64,000 bases of DNA from Candidatus Sulfomarinibacteraceae bacterium (lineage in GTDB: Bacteria; Acidobacteriota; Thermoanaerobaculia; Thermoanaerobaculales; Sulfomarinibacteraceae): the NCBI GenBank assembly GCA_963796455.1, contig CAWCLO010000008.1, positions 32,001-96,000 of the forward strand, in the 5' to 3' direction. Of this stretch, positions 20,367-30,538 are shown piece by piece. The translations under genes and the position numbers were made by a program. Below the pieces are notes generated by a model, which was not told the origin of the DNA, ran no database searches, and saw only the letters and a list, made by a program, of their open reading frames with translations. Every line of letters begins with the position of its first letter. Within the stretch, counting starts at the first letter, position 1.

Positions 20367-20533
20367 CGGGAACGGGAACGGAACTCTCGTTCAATATGTC
20401 ATCCTGAGCGAAGCGCCTACGGCGCGAAGTCGAAGGATCTGCGGTTCGAGGTTTTTGCGGTTCGTCTCATAGATCCTTCGACTACGCCCCAGGGCGGGCT
20501 CCGCTCAGGATGACATCGGGAGGCGACATTCGC
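20367..20533 (-). repeat. TGTC/CGTC-type palindromic REP-like element, copy B (inverted relative to A)
   Basis: Reverse complement of 14896-15062 with about 6 substitutions by manual alignment; flanked by GAGCAGAG and TTCTCCCT octamer arrays. Confidence 0.85.
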
Positions 20534-20633
20534 TTGAGTTCGAAGTCAGTGCGGGTGATTCCCCCTTTCCCCCTTTCACCCCTGCCCCCTTTCCCCTCGC
20601 CCTTCCGCCGCGCGGATCCAGTAAGCTCGGGGC

Positions 20634-21428
20634 ATGAGTGATCAAGAAGCTCGGATCGCCGTGGTCTCGGGGGCCTCGAGCGGGATCGGTGCCGCCACGG
20701 CTCGGTTGCTGGCCGCCAATGGTTGGCAGGTGGTGCTGGTTGCCCGGCGCGAGAACCGGCTCGAGGAGATCGCCGAAGAGATTGCGGCCGCCGGCGGAAC
20801 TGCCAGATCCGAGGCCCTCGATGCCGCCGATGGCGATGCGGTCCTCGATATGCAGGAACGGGTCCGGAACGAACTGGGTGTGCCTTCGCTGATCATCAAC
20901 GGCGCCGGCGCGGGTGTCTGGCGGTTTATCGAAGAGACCTCTCCCGAAGAGATCCGACAGATGATGGGGGCGCCCTATCTGGCAGCGGCGAATCTGAGTC
21001 ATGCTTTCATGGCGGACATGTTGGCCGCCGGACGCGGCCATCTCGTGCACGTTGGTTCTCCCGCATCGGTCATGCCGTGGCCGGGGGCGACGGCCTATAC
21101 CTGCTCACGATGGGCCCTGCGTGGTTTGCACGAGGCGCTGTGCATGGATCTGGTTGGCACTGGCCTGCAAAGCTCGTTGGTCTATTTCGGTGAGGTGTCG
21201 AGCGAGTACTTCGATGCCAACCCGGGCTCGCACGAACACATGCCCTCACTCGCTTCGTGGGTCCCGATCTCCACCTCGGAAGAATGCGCTGAGGTCATTC
21301 TCGGGGTCCTTCAGCGACCGCGAAGGGTCACCTTCTATCCATTTGCCCTGCGCATCATGGCGTGGCTGGCGGCACTCTCACCCGCGCCGACCCGCTGGCT
21401 GATCGCGCGGACAGGGCGAAAGCACTGA
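20634..21428 (+). CDS. Short-chain dehydrogenase/reductase (SDR)
   Basis: SGASSGIG, NGAG, catalytic YxxxK appears as YTCSR. Confidence 0.9.
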   Translation: MSDQEARIAVVSGASSGIGAATARLLAANGWQVVLVARRENRLEEIAEEIAAAGGTARSEALDAADGDAVLDMQERVRNELGVPSLIINGAGAGVWRFIEETSPEEIRQMMGAPYLAAANLSHAFMADMLAAGRGHLVHVGSPASVMPWPGATAYTCSRWALRGLHEALCMDLVGTGLQSSLVYFGEVSSEYFDANPGSHEHMPSLASWVPISTSEECAEVILGVLQRPRRVTFYPFALRIMAWLAALSPAPTRWLIARTGRKH

Positions 21429-21523
21429 GGCCGTGGTGTAGTGAGGCCATGAGGTCGTGAGGGGCCCCACCCGCATCGCCTCGACGCCAGGTCGCGCCGG
21501 CGGCCGGTAACTCCCTCGCTGCC

Positions 21524-22417
21524 TTAATGTATCGAGGTCAGACGGTACTCTGCCAGAAGCCTTGCGTCGATCAGATCCGACTCGCTCCCCTCGATGCGGA
21601 AGTAGTGGCGGCCGATGGTATAGGCTCGCTCGATCCGTCGTTGAACCTCGGATGGGTCGTAGAGCAGGCGATAGACGTGCCCGACCTGAACATAGTCGAT
21701 CATCCGAAGATCGTCATCGCTGTCAAAGTCTCCGTCCCGTCCCGCAGAAATGATCTTGAGTCGAATCCACCTGCCGTGCTCGAGATCGGGGATGTCCTGG
21801 GTGAAAAAGGTAGCCTGCAGCCCCGCTTCGAGATCTGATTGAACCTGGGGGTCGTCGAACGCAGCGGCTCCGGGAACGACCGGCTGAAAAGAGACACGGT
21901 AGGGCCGTCCCCATCCGTCGGCGGCGCGAATCTCGTACATTTCGCGCACCGACGGCGGTGCCATCCCGGTGTCTGCGCCAAAGAAAACCAAGGGGATCCA
22001 GCCCCGGATGCGTGCGGTCGACGAGGGAGCCAGCACCTCCGCCCAGTCACCCTCGAAGGGAGGCACTTCTTCCTCACGAACCGAGAATCGGGATGCTGCC
22101 GATCCAATCTCGTGCATGCGGTGAATCGTCTCCAACTCGGAGGAACGGCCTTCGTCACCAAAGGCCATCCAAACGATGGTCGTGCGCAGATCCGGGCCGG
22201 GACCGGTGGTGCGGAGTCGTATGAAACCGATGATCGGAAGCACCAGAATCAGACCGTAGACCACGACCCTCCAGCCGCCGGCTCGAATCTGAGACATCAA
22301 TGATGGCTTCTCCGGGCGGGCCAGACTGGCGCTGAAATCCCAGCCGCAGTGAGCACAGATTGTCGCTCCCGCGGGGAGCTCCTTGCCACATCCATCGCAG
22401 ATGATTGCATCACTCAT
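21524..22417 (-). CDS. Membrane-anchored hypothetical protein: zinc ribbon, TM helix, GspG-like C-terminal motifs
   Basis: CDGC..CAHC, one hydrophobic helix, DGWGRPY and ISAGRDGDFDSDDD motifs. Confidence 0.65.
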   Translation of the reverse strand: MSDAIICDGCGKELPAGATICAHCGWDFSASLARPEKPSLMSQIRAGGWRVVVYGLILVLPIIGFIRLRTTGPGPDLRTTIVWMAFGDEGRSSELETIHRMHEIGSAASRFSVREEEVPPFEGDWAEVLAPSSTARIRGWIPLVFFGADTGMAPPSVREMYEIRAADGWGRPYRVSFQPVVPGAAAFDDPQVQSDLEAGLQATFFTQDIPDLEHGRWIRLKIISAGRDGDFDSDDDLRMIDYVQVGHVYRLLYDPSEVQRRIERAYTIGRHYFRIEGSESDLIDARLLAEYRLTSIH

Positions 22418-22476
22418 GGGGACAGCGTAGCACCATCCGGGTGGGTGGCAGCGAGTGAATCAACTATGCTCGATAC

Positions 22477-23046
22477 ATGGCGGATGCTGCGAAATGGGAC
22501 GCGATCGAACTACTGGTTCGCAAGGCCCAGGGTCGTGACCAGAATGCCTTTCGGATCCTTCTCGGTGAACACCGGGGGGCGGTGGTGTCGACCCTCTTCG
22601 CCTGTGGCGTCCGGTGTGAAGAAACGGCGCGCGATCTGGCTCAGGATGTGGCCCTGCGGGCCTGGCAGAAAATGGACTCGCTCGCGGATCCGCGCGCCTT
22701 CCCCGCCTGGTTGCGCCGAATCGCCGCCAACGCCGCCCGCGATCATTTGAGACGAACCGCGGTTCGGCGCGAGGACGAACTGGATGAGGCGCTCCATCTC
22801 GAAGGTGGAGACGATCCCCATGATCGAGCCGAGCGGGTTGCGGAGGTTCGGCTGATGCTCGCGGCATTGGCCGACGAGGATGCGGAGGTCGTGCAGCTTC
22901 TCGTGGCGCGCGCCGAGGGCGTATCGGTTGAACGGCTGGCTGCTGCAATGGAAATCAGCCCGGATGCGCTCAAAATGCGGGTGATGCGGGCCCGAAAGAG
23001 ACTCCGGGCGCGGCTCGAGGAGATTCGCACCGGGGGAGTCGGTTGA
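22477..23046 (+). CDS. ECF RNA polymerase sigma factor
   Basis: ARDLAQDVALRAW, AWLRRIAANAARDHLR, region 4 KMRVMRARKRL. Confidence 0.92.
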   Translation: MADAAKWDAIELLVRKAQGRDQNAFRILLGEHRGAVVSTLFACGVRCEETARDLAQDVALRAWQKMDSLADPRAFPAWLRRIAANAARDHLRRTAVRREDELDEALHLEGGDDPHDRAERVAEVRLMLAALADEDAEVVQLLVARAEGVSVERLAAAMEISPDALKMRVMRARKRLRARLEEIRTGGVG

Positions 23047-23112
23047 TTCCCCTCGGATTGACCGTTACCCTGCGGCCGTGACAGCGTCCTTATAAGCGGA
23101 GAGTTGACGACA

Positions 23113-23604
23113 ATGACCATATGTACCCACCACGGCGATCTGATGCGTGATCTTGCACGGGGGCTGCTCGACGATGAGCCGGCCTTCGAGGCAGAGATCC
23201 TGCGCCAGGATTGCGAGCACTGTTCGGCGTGGTGGGAAAGTTCATTTGCCAACGCAGACATCGAGCCTGTCGATTCGGCGGTTCTCGAGGTCTTTGCGGC
23301 CTTTGCCCCACCGAAGAGCCGTCAAAGGTACGGCTGGTTGGCCGCTGCTGCTGCGGTTGTCCTTGCCATAGGTATCTCGTCGATGTCATGGATCGGGGGG
23401 GGCTCGGGGACAGCAGTGATGACCTCCCTCCCGGAGCCTCCGGCTGAAACCACGCTGGTGAGTCTTGATTTCGAGGACGGCACCCTCCACGGAGTTGGTG
23501 TCGTCATCCAAGGTGCCGAAGCTCAGCAAGAGGTGCCTGAAAAGGCCCTCTTCATCGCTGATCTCGAATCGGGCGATCTCTCGACCTGGACCACCAACGG
23601 CTGA
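23113..23604 (+). CDS. Putative membrane anti-sigma factor (ZAS-like)
   Basis: Directly after the ECF sigma; N-terminal C...CEHC, WLAAAAAVVLAI TM helix, short extracytoplasmic tail. Confidence 0.75.
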   Translation: MTICTHHGDLMRDLARGLLDDEPAFEAEILRQDCEHCSAWWESSFANADIEPVDSAVLEVFAAFAPPKSRQRYGWLAAAAAVVLAIGISSMSWIGGGSGTAVMTSLPEPPAETTLVSLDFEDGTLHGVGVVIQGAEAQQEVPEKALFIADLESGDLSTWTTNG

Positions 23605-23687
23605 GTTTCCTCAGCCCGGCTTGGCCGGGCCAAGCCCTCTCCTGAACATCCTCCTCGATAATGTCGTGGACCGGGTGCATCCCGCAC

Positions 23688-24134
<447 letters not shown>

Positions 24135-24202
24135 CTGCATCCTGCATCCGCCAGGTATGCGGTACCATTCATGACGCTCGGATTGCCGAGCCGGGAGGCA
24201 AG

Positions 24203-26263
24203 ATGACCCAGGGTAGGATTTTCGTGCTTGTTCTGATTCTGATGGCAGGTGTGGCCGGCGCGCAACAACACGCTTTCAACGTCCACGACCTGGTGGCCAT
24301 GCAGCGGGTGGCCGATCCGCAACCGTCGCCCGACGGCAGCGTAGCCGCCTTCGTGGTCACCACCATCGATCTCGCGGCCAACAAGGGTCGGCGGGATATC
24401 TGGTTGGCTGCCACCGATGGTTCGGGTGAGCGGCAACTTACCGATGATCCGGCCAACGATTGGAGCCCGCGCTGGAACGGTGACGGCAGCTTCTACTTTC
24501 TTTCGTCTCGATCCGGATCGGCCCAGGTCTTTCGTTACGACATGAAGACCGGGGCCCAGACCCAGATCACCGATCTCCCCCTCGGAGTCGACGCGCTCAA
24601 GGTGGGGCCCGGCGGCAAGGCGCTGTACGTGGGACTTGCGGTCTTCCCCGATTGCGGGCCTTCCGTCGCCTGTACCCAGTCGAAGCTCGAGGCGCGGAAA
24701 GCGCAGAAGACAACCGGTCTGGTTTTTGACAAGGTCTTTGTTCGTCACTGGGACACCTGGAAGGATGGCCGCCGCAACCACGTCTTTCGAATTCCGATCC
24801 TCGGCAACGGTACCGCAGGTGAGGCGGTGGATCTGATGGCAGGTGTCGATGGCGATTGTCCGACAATTCCGTGGGGTGGAGACGGAGACTTCGACATTTC
24901 ACCCGATGACGCCTGGTTGGTTTACTCCGCCAAGGTCGTTGCTGGGTCGGAGGAGGTGTGGTCCACGGATTGGGATCTGTGGAAGGTCCCGACCGACGGG
25001 TCGCAGGCGCCGCGCTGCCTGACCGAAGACAACCAGGCGTGGGATGCGGCCCCGGCCTTTTCCCCCGACGGATCCAGCCTCGCCTACCTCGCCATGGCTC
25101 GACCCGGATTCGAGGCCGACCGCTACCGGGTTCGTATCATGAACTGGAACGATGGATCGGTTCGTCCGGTTGCTGATAACTGGGACCGGTCGCCGGGTTC
25201 GCTGGTATGGTCGCCCGATGGGTCGAAGATTTTCACCTCGGCCAACAACATCGGCAATCACACGATTTTCAGCATCGATCCGGCCGACGAAATGGTCTCG
25301 GCGGCCATCACCCTCAACACCAACTCGAACCCGCGACCGTTGCCGGACGGCCGTCTGCTCTTCACCCGCGACAGCCTCACCTCTCCGGTGGAGCTCTATG
25401 TGCTCCCGAAAGGCGGAGGAACACCGGCGCCGATCACTCACCGAAACGACCGGCGCCTGGCCTCGATCGAGTTTGGAAGGTACGAGCAGTTTTCTTTCAC
25501 CGGCGCCCACAACGACGAGGTCTTCGGCTATCTGGTCTATCCCGTCGGTTTTGATCCTCAACAGACCTATCCCCTGGCTTTCATCGTCCACGGGGGGCCC
25601 CAGGGCAGCTCTGACGACCACTGGCACTACCGCTGGAATCCGCAGATCTATGCGGGCCACGGTTATGTCACCGTGATGATCGATTTCCACGGTTCCACCG
25701 GTTATGGTCAGGACTTCACCGATGCCATCCGGGGCGACTGGGGTGGAGCACCCTATGAGGACCTGATGACCGGGCTCGACTATGTGCTCGCCACCTATCG
25801 TTTCGTCGATTCCGAACGCATGGCTGCGGCCGGGGCGAGCTTTGGCGGATACATGATCAACTGGATCCAGGGCCAGACCGATCGTTTCAAGGCCCTCGTC
25901 TGCCACGACGGGAACCTCGACGAACTGATGGCCTACTACGACACTGAAGAACTGTGGTTCCCGGAGTGGGAACACGGCGGCACACCCTGGGAGAACCCCG
26001 AGGGCTATCGCAAACACTCACCGGTGAACCACGTGCAGAACTGGAAGACCCCTGAACTGGTGGTCCACGGCGCGCTCGACTATCGGGTTGTGGACACCCA
26101 GGGCCTCGCCACTTTCAACGCCCTGCAACGCCTTGGGGTGCCCTCGCGTCTGCTCTATTATCCGGACGAAAATCACTGGGTGCTCAAACCGCTGAACTCC
26201 ATTCAATGGCATGAGGAGGTGTTGGGATGGATGGATCGGTGGACGGGGGTGGGAGAAGAGTAG
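24203..26263 (+). CDS. S9 family secreted peptidase (dipeptidyl-peptidase 5-like)
   Basis: Signal peptide, beta-propeller repeats, HGGPQG, GASFGG nucleophile, DYRV, ENHWV. Confidence 0.93.
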   Translation: MTQGRIFVLVLILMAGVAGAQQHAFNVHDLVAMQRVADPQPSPDGSVAAFVVTTIDLAANKGRRDIWLAATDGSGERQLTDDPANDWSPRWNGDGSFYFLSSRSGSAQVFRYDMKTGAQTQITDLPLGVDALKVGPGGKALYVGLAVFPDCGPSVACTQSKLEARKAQKTTGLVFDKVFVRHWDTWKDGRRNHVFRIPILGNGTAGEAVDLMAGVDGDCPTIPWGGDGDFDISPDDAWLVYSAKVVAGSEEVWSTDWDLWKVPTDGSQAPRCLTEDNQAWDAAPAFSPDGSSLAYLAMARPGFEADRYRVRIMNWNDGSVRPVADNWDRSPGSLVWSPDGSKIFTSANNIGNHTIFSIDPADEMVSAAITLNTNSNPRPLPDGRLLFTRDSLTSPVELYVLPKGGGTPAPITHRNDRRLASIEFGRYEQFSFTGAHNDEVFGYLVYPVGFDPQQTYPLAFIVHGGPQGSSDDHWHYRWNPQIYAGHGYVTVMIDFHGSTGYGQDFTDAIRGDWGGAPYEDLMTGLDYVLATYRFVDSERMAAAGASFGGYMINWIQGQTDRFKALVCHDGNLDELMAYYDTEELWFPEWEHGGTPWENPEGYRKHSPVNHVQNWKTPELVVHGALDYRVVDTQGLATFNALQRLGVPSRLLYYPDENHWVLKPLNSIQWHEEVLGWMDRWTGVGEE

Positions 26264-26362
26264 GGAGAGAGGGAGAAAGGGAGAGAGGGAGAGGAGAGGG
26301 AAAGGGGGGAGAAAGGGAGAGAGGGAGAAAGGGAGAGAGGGAGAAGGGGAGAAAGGGAGAAG
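26262..26362. repeat. Polypurine octamer array (GGGAGAGA/GGGAGAAA)
   Basis: About 100 bp of purines only on the + strand right after the stop codon; similar tract at 14725-14764. Confidence 0.9.
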
Positions 26363-26522
26363 GGGCGATCGTTCGTTCTTCGTGCTCCTGTTCACCCTGA
26401 GCCCTGTCACCCATTTCGCGTGAAGAGACTCGTCGATCGATAATTGTTCGAGTGACTGGAATCATCGCAGACGTTTGAACAATGCTGATATTATTGATGA
26501 GTTCGGAATTGGAGGGAATCAG

Positions 26523-27083
26523 GTGATCATCGCCTGCCCGCAGTGCGACACAAAGTACCGCTACGACGAGGCGCGTTTTGGCGGAGCTGAGATCAAACAG
26601 GTGAAATGCACCAGCTGCAGCCACTCGTTCGAGGTCCGCAATCCCCTTGACGAACCTTCCAATGCGACCTCTATTGGAAAAATGTTCACCGACACACCGT
26701 CCGAGGTCTTGAACGTCGACTCCGATCATGAGCCCGAGGCCCCCGAACTCCCGGAGCTGGCCCCCTTGCCAAAAGACCAGCGCTTTTCGTTGGCGGTGAT
26801 AGCCGGAAGCCAGGCGGGAAGCGTCTTCCCGATCACCAAACCGCGGGTCTATCTGGGTCGTGGCTCGGCGGTGGACGTTCAGGTCAAGGATTCCGAGGTT
26901 TCCCGTAGACACGCCATGATCGAGGTGCGAAGCGGCAAGGTCGTACTCGTCGACCTCGGGGCGACCAATGGGACGTGGGTCGGCGGTGAGCGCGCGGACG
27001 AGTCCGAAATCGTCAATCAGGGCGAGTTCACCCTCGGCTCCACCACCCTGATGTTGATCGTCACCGGCGGTCCTTCGGCCTGA
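26523..27083 (+). CDS. MJ0042-type zinc-ribbon plus FHA domain protein
   Basis: CPQCDTKY..VKCTSC; LGRG..VSRRHA..DLGATNGT FHA motifs. Confidence 0.9.
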   Translation: MIIACPQCDTKYRYDEARFGGAEIKQVKCTSCSHSFEVRNPLDEPSNATSIGKMFTDTPSEVLNVDSDHEPEAPELPELAPLPKDQRFSLAVIAGSQAGSVFPITKPRVYLGRGSAVDVQVKDSEVSRRHAMIEVRSGKVVLVDLGATNGTWVGGERADESEIVNQGEFTLGSTTLMLIVTGGPSA

Positions 27084-27132
27084 TCTCTTTGCTGCTGCCA
27101 ATCTGACGTATCCTACCGATCAGATTCGGGAC

Positions 27133-27161
27133 TTGAATTTGGTTTGTTTCTTGCTTAGCCT
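27133..27161 (+). promoter_or_regulatory. Candidate sigma70 promoter of the Gld-like ABC operon
   Basis: TTGAAT-17 bp-TAGCCT; GGAGGAG RBS before 27232. Confidence 0.4.
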
Positions 27162-27231
27162 TTGCGCGAGGCCCTCTCAATCGAGACGGCTGATCAACAG
27201 AGAGTCGGGTCCTTTATTGGAGGAGCGTTGA

Positions 27232-28194
27232 ATGATCGAAGTTGAAAACCTCGGCAAGACTTACGTCGACAAGCCCGTAGTTCGGGACCTGAGCTTTTTT
27301 GTCCCTGAAGGACAGGTGCTCGGTTTTCTCGGACCCAACGGTGCCGGAAAAACCACGGTGATGCGGATGCTGACCGCGTTTCTGCCGCCGACCACCGGGC
27401 GGGTCGTTGTCGCCGGCATCGATCTCGACAAAGACTCCGTCGGACTCAGGAAGAACGTCGGTTACCTGCCCGAAAACGTGCCCTTGTATCCCGAGATGCG
27501 GGTCGATGAATATCTGCGGTTTCGGGCCTTGGTGGAGGGCGTGGTGAGTGCCGATATCCGCAGCCGGATCGACGACGTGCTCGATCGATGCCTGATCGGT
27601 GATGTTCGTCGCCAGGTCATCGGCACCCTTTCAAAAGGATATCGGCAGCGGGTCGGTCTGGCTGGGGCGCTGATCCACCAACCTCCCGTCCTGATCCTGG
27701 ACGAACCCACCGTCGGACTCGATCCCAACCAGATCATCAAGGTCCGCGAGCTGATTCAGGAGCTTGGTCGTGACCACACGGTTCTGCTTTCGACCCACAT
27801 CCTCCCCGAGGTCGAGCAGGTTTGCGAGCGGGTCTTTATCATCGACCGCGGCCGCATCGTCGCCGATGGCACGCCGGACGCCCTCCGGGCCAAGCTGCTT
27901 GGCAACCCGGTATTGGAGCTGGTGCTCAAAGACGAGCCGGTCGACGCCGCAGATGCCATGCTCGGCGTACCGGGGGTGGTCGCGGCGGCACGAGAGGAGA
28001 ACGGACGCTACGTGCTCGAGTACGCAGCCGATTCCGATCCGCGCGAGGAGGTCTTCAAGCTCGCGGTTGCCAGGGGCTGGGTCCTTTTGGAGCTGACGCC
28101 GCAACAAGCGACCCTCGAAGATGTATTTGTCCGATTGACCACCCGCGAGGACGACATCGTGCCGGCGGCTGAGTTGGAGGTTGCCAATGTCTAA
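27232..28194 (+). CDS. ABC transporter ATPase (GldA-like)
   Basis: GPNGAGKTT, LSKGYRQRVG, LDEPTVGLDP. Confidence 0.92.
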   Translation: MIEVENLGKTYVDKPVVRDLSFFVPEGQVLGFLGPNGAGKTTVMRMLTAFLPPTTGRVVVAGIDLDKDSVGLRKNVGYLPENVPLYPEMRVDEYLRFRALVEGVVSADIRSRIDDVLDRCLIGDVRRQVIGTLSKGYRQRVGLAGALIHQPPVLILDEPTVGLDPNQIIKVRELIQELGRDHTVLLSTHILPEVEQVCERVFIIDRGRIVADGTPDALRAKLLGNPVLELVLKDEPVDAADAMLGVPGVVAAAREENGRYVLEYAADSDPREEVFKLAVARGWVLLELTPQQATLEDVFVRLTTREDDIVPAAELEVANV

Positions 28195-28930
28195 GACCTG
28201 GGCCATCGTCCGGCGCGAGTTGATCGCCTACTTCTCCTCGCCACTCGCCTACATCGTCATGACGGCCTTTCTTCTGATGCAGGGCTATATTTTCTATCTC
28301 CTCGTTTCTTTTCTCAACAACCCACAGACTCCTGCCATGACACCGCTCCGGCTCTTTTTTGGCGGCACGATCTTCTTCTGGCTGTTTCTGCTCTTCGTCG
28401 TGCCGGTGATCACCATGCGCTTGATTGCCGAAGAGCGTCGGTCGGGGACCATCGAGGTTCTTCTGACGTCACCTGTGACCGAGGCCCAGGTGATCATCGG
28501 GAAGTTTGCCGCCGCAATGCTCTTCTATATCGCGCTGTGGCTCCCGACGATCCTCTATGTGGTGGTGCTCAAACGCCATTCAGAAATCGATATCGGGCCC
28601 GTCCTGGCGGGATATCTCGGGGTCTTGTTGCTCGGTTTCCTCTTCCTGTCGGTTGGCACGCTGGCTTCGACCCTGACCAACAACCAGCTCATCGCGGCCA
28701 TCATCGCTTTTGCCGCGATGGTCATCCTGTTTTCGATCGGTCTGGTCGAACAGTTGATGATGTCCTCGTCGGTACTCAAATCGACCCTCGCACAGATGAA
28801 TCTGTGGACCCAGATGGATGACTTCGCCAAGGGCATCGTCGACACGCGGCACGTTGTGTATCAGCTGTCGGTAGGATCCCTCTTTTTGTTTCTCGCCGCC
28901 AAGAGCCTCGAAATCAAGAAGTGGAGGTGA
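28187..28930 (+). CDS. ABC-2 permease (GldF-like)
   Basis: RELIAYFSSPLAY, TMRLIAEERRSGTIEVLLTSP; several TM helices. Confidence 0.9.
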   Translation: MSKTWAIVRRELIAYFSSPLAYIVMTAFLLMQGYIFYLLVSFLNNPQTPAMTPLRLFFGGTIFFWLFLLFVVPVITMRLIAEERRSGTIEVLLTSPVTEAQVIIGKFAAAMLFYIALWLPTILYVVVLKRHSEIDIGPVLAGYLGVLLLGFLFLSVGTLASTLTNNQLIAAIIAFAAMVILFSIGLVEQLMMSSSVLKSTLAQMNLWTQMDDFAKGIVDTRHVVYQLSVGSLFLFLAAKSLEIKKWR

Positions 28931-28935
28931 GCGGT

Positions 28936-30405
28936 ATGAGACGGCAAACCCTTCGCTATACGGTTTCGGGCCTCGTGGCAGTTGTTCTCGTGGTGGCTCT
29001 GACGGTGATGGTCAACTGGCTCGCCGGTCGTCGCTGGATCCGTGCGGATTGGACCACCACCAAGGTCTACACCCTGTCGGAAAAGACCGAGAATATTCTC
29101 GCCGGAATATCGGAGAAGGTCGACATCCTCGTCTTCATGACGCCTTCGACCTCGATGTTCGATCAGGTCCAGGAACTGCTCGAGCGCTACAAGGCTGCCT
29201 CGAGCAACATCACGGTTGCCTATATCGACCCGGACCGGGAACCGCTCAAGACCCAGGAATTGGCCGAGCAATACGGTGTTCAAGTGGCTGACACGGTGGT
29301 CTTCTCGGTTGCAGACCGCACAAAATACGTGACATCTGACCAGCTCTCAGAGATGGATTATTCGGGAGCACAATACGGCCAGCCCCCGACCATGAAATCC
29401 TTCAAGGGCGAAGAGGCATTCACCTCTGCGATCCTTTCGTTGGTGGCTCCGGATGTGCCGACGATCTACTTCGTGACCGGGCACGGCGAGGCGACGCTGG
29501 CGCCGGGCCAGGGCGGTCTTTCAGAGCGCAACATTTCCGTCCTCGGAGAGACGCTCGCCCGCGACAACATGTCCACCGAGGAGGTTTCGCTGCTTTCAGG
29601 GGAGATCCCCGACGACGCCGACGTCCTGGCGATCATCGGTCCCACACGCGCCTTCACGGAGGCGGAGATCGAGGCCCTCGACGCCTATCTGGGCGGCGGT
29701 GGAAGATTGTTGGTTGCCCTCGATCCGTTAATCGAGCCCAACGGCACGATGCGTGCGACCCGGCTCGAGGTCCTTCTCGCGAGGCACGGTGTCGAAGTGC
29801 GCGACGATCTCGTTGTTGACCCGTCCCGACGACTTCCGTTCTATGACCTTTCGGCGGTCTATCTGGCGGACTTTTCAAACCATCCGATCACCCAGGGTCT
29901 CGAGGGCTTCGCTGTGCTCTTTACGGTCGCGCGCTCGGTCGCGGGCAACGAAGAGTCGGCCTCCACCCTCGTTCAGACATCGGATGCTGGCTGGGGTGAA
30001 TCCAACCTCGCGATGTTGCTTCGAGGAGATCCGGTTGCCTTCGATGGCGAAGACACCCCGGGACCGGCAGCCGTCGGCCTCGCGATCGAGAAGATGGTCG
30101 CCGCCGACGGTGAGGCGCTCGAGGAAGATGCCGACCGGACCTCCCGGCTGGTGGTGTTTGGTGACTCCGACTTCATGACGGATATCGATATCGCCAACGC
30201 CGGCAACGCGGTGCTTGCCGGAAATGCCTTCAACTGGTTGGCCGCGCGCGACGAGCAGGTCGGCATTCCCCCGCGTGACGTGGAACAGGTGAGTCTTTTT
30301 TTGAGCAAACAGCAGATGCGGAATCTGTTGTTGGTGGTCCTGGTCATGATGCCGGGAATGGCCATCGTCGCCGGGATCATGGTGTGGCGGAGGCGACGGC
30401 ATTGA
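28936..30405 (+). CDS. GldG family ABC accessory protein
   Basis: N- and C-terminal TM helices, DWT..YTLS, YFVTGHGE, LVVFGDSDF. Confidence 0.88.
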   Translation: MRRQTLRYTVSGLVAVVLVVALTVMVNWLAGRRWIRADWTTTKVYTLSEKTENILAGISEKVDILVFMTPSTSMFDQVQELLERYKAASSNITVAYIDPDREPLKTQELAEQYGVQVADTVVFSVADRTKYVTSDQLSEMDYSGAQYGQPPTMKSFKGEEAFTSAILSLVAPDVPTIYFVTGHGEATLAPGQGGLSERNISVLGETLARDNMSTEEVSLLSGEIPDDADVLAIIGPTRAFTEAEIEALDAYLGGGGRLLVALDPLIEPNGTMRATRLEVLLARHGVEVRDDLVVDPSRRLPFYDLSAVYLADFSNHPITQGLEGFAVLFTVARSVAGNEESASTLVQTSDAGWGESNLAMLLRGDPVAFDGEDTPGPAAVGLAIEKMVAADGEALEEDADRTSRLVVFGDSDFMTDIDIANAGNAVLAGNAFNWLAARDEQVGIPPRDVEQVSLFLSKQQMRNLLLVVLVMMPGMAIVAGIMVWRRRRH

Positions 30406-30518
30406 GAATTCGGAATTCGGAATTCGGAATTCGGAGTTGTCACCATCAACTGGGAAACACTCAGGATGGCTGTGGGGTCGGTAGGGAATTCCGAACTCCG
30501 AACTCCGAACTCCGAACT
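30406..30518. repeat. Inverted heptamer arrays (GAATTCG)4 and (CCGAACT)4
   Basis: 30406-30433 and 30491-30518, within the operon spacer. Confidence 0.95.
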
Positions 30519-30538
30519 TCAACCTGAGGGTCGTCACA

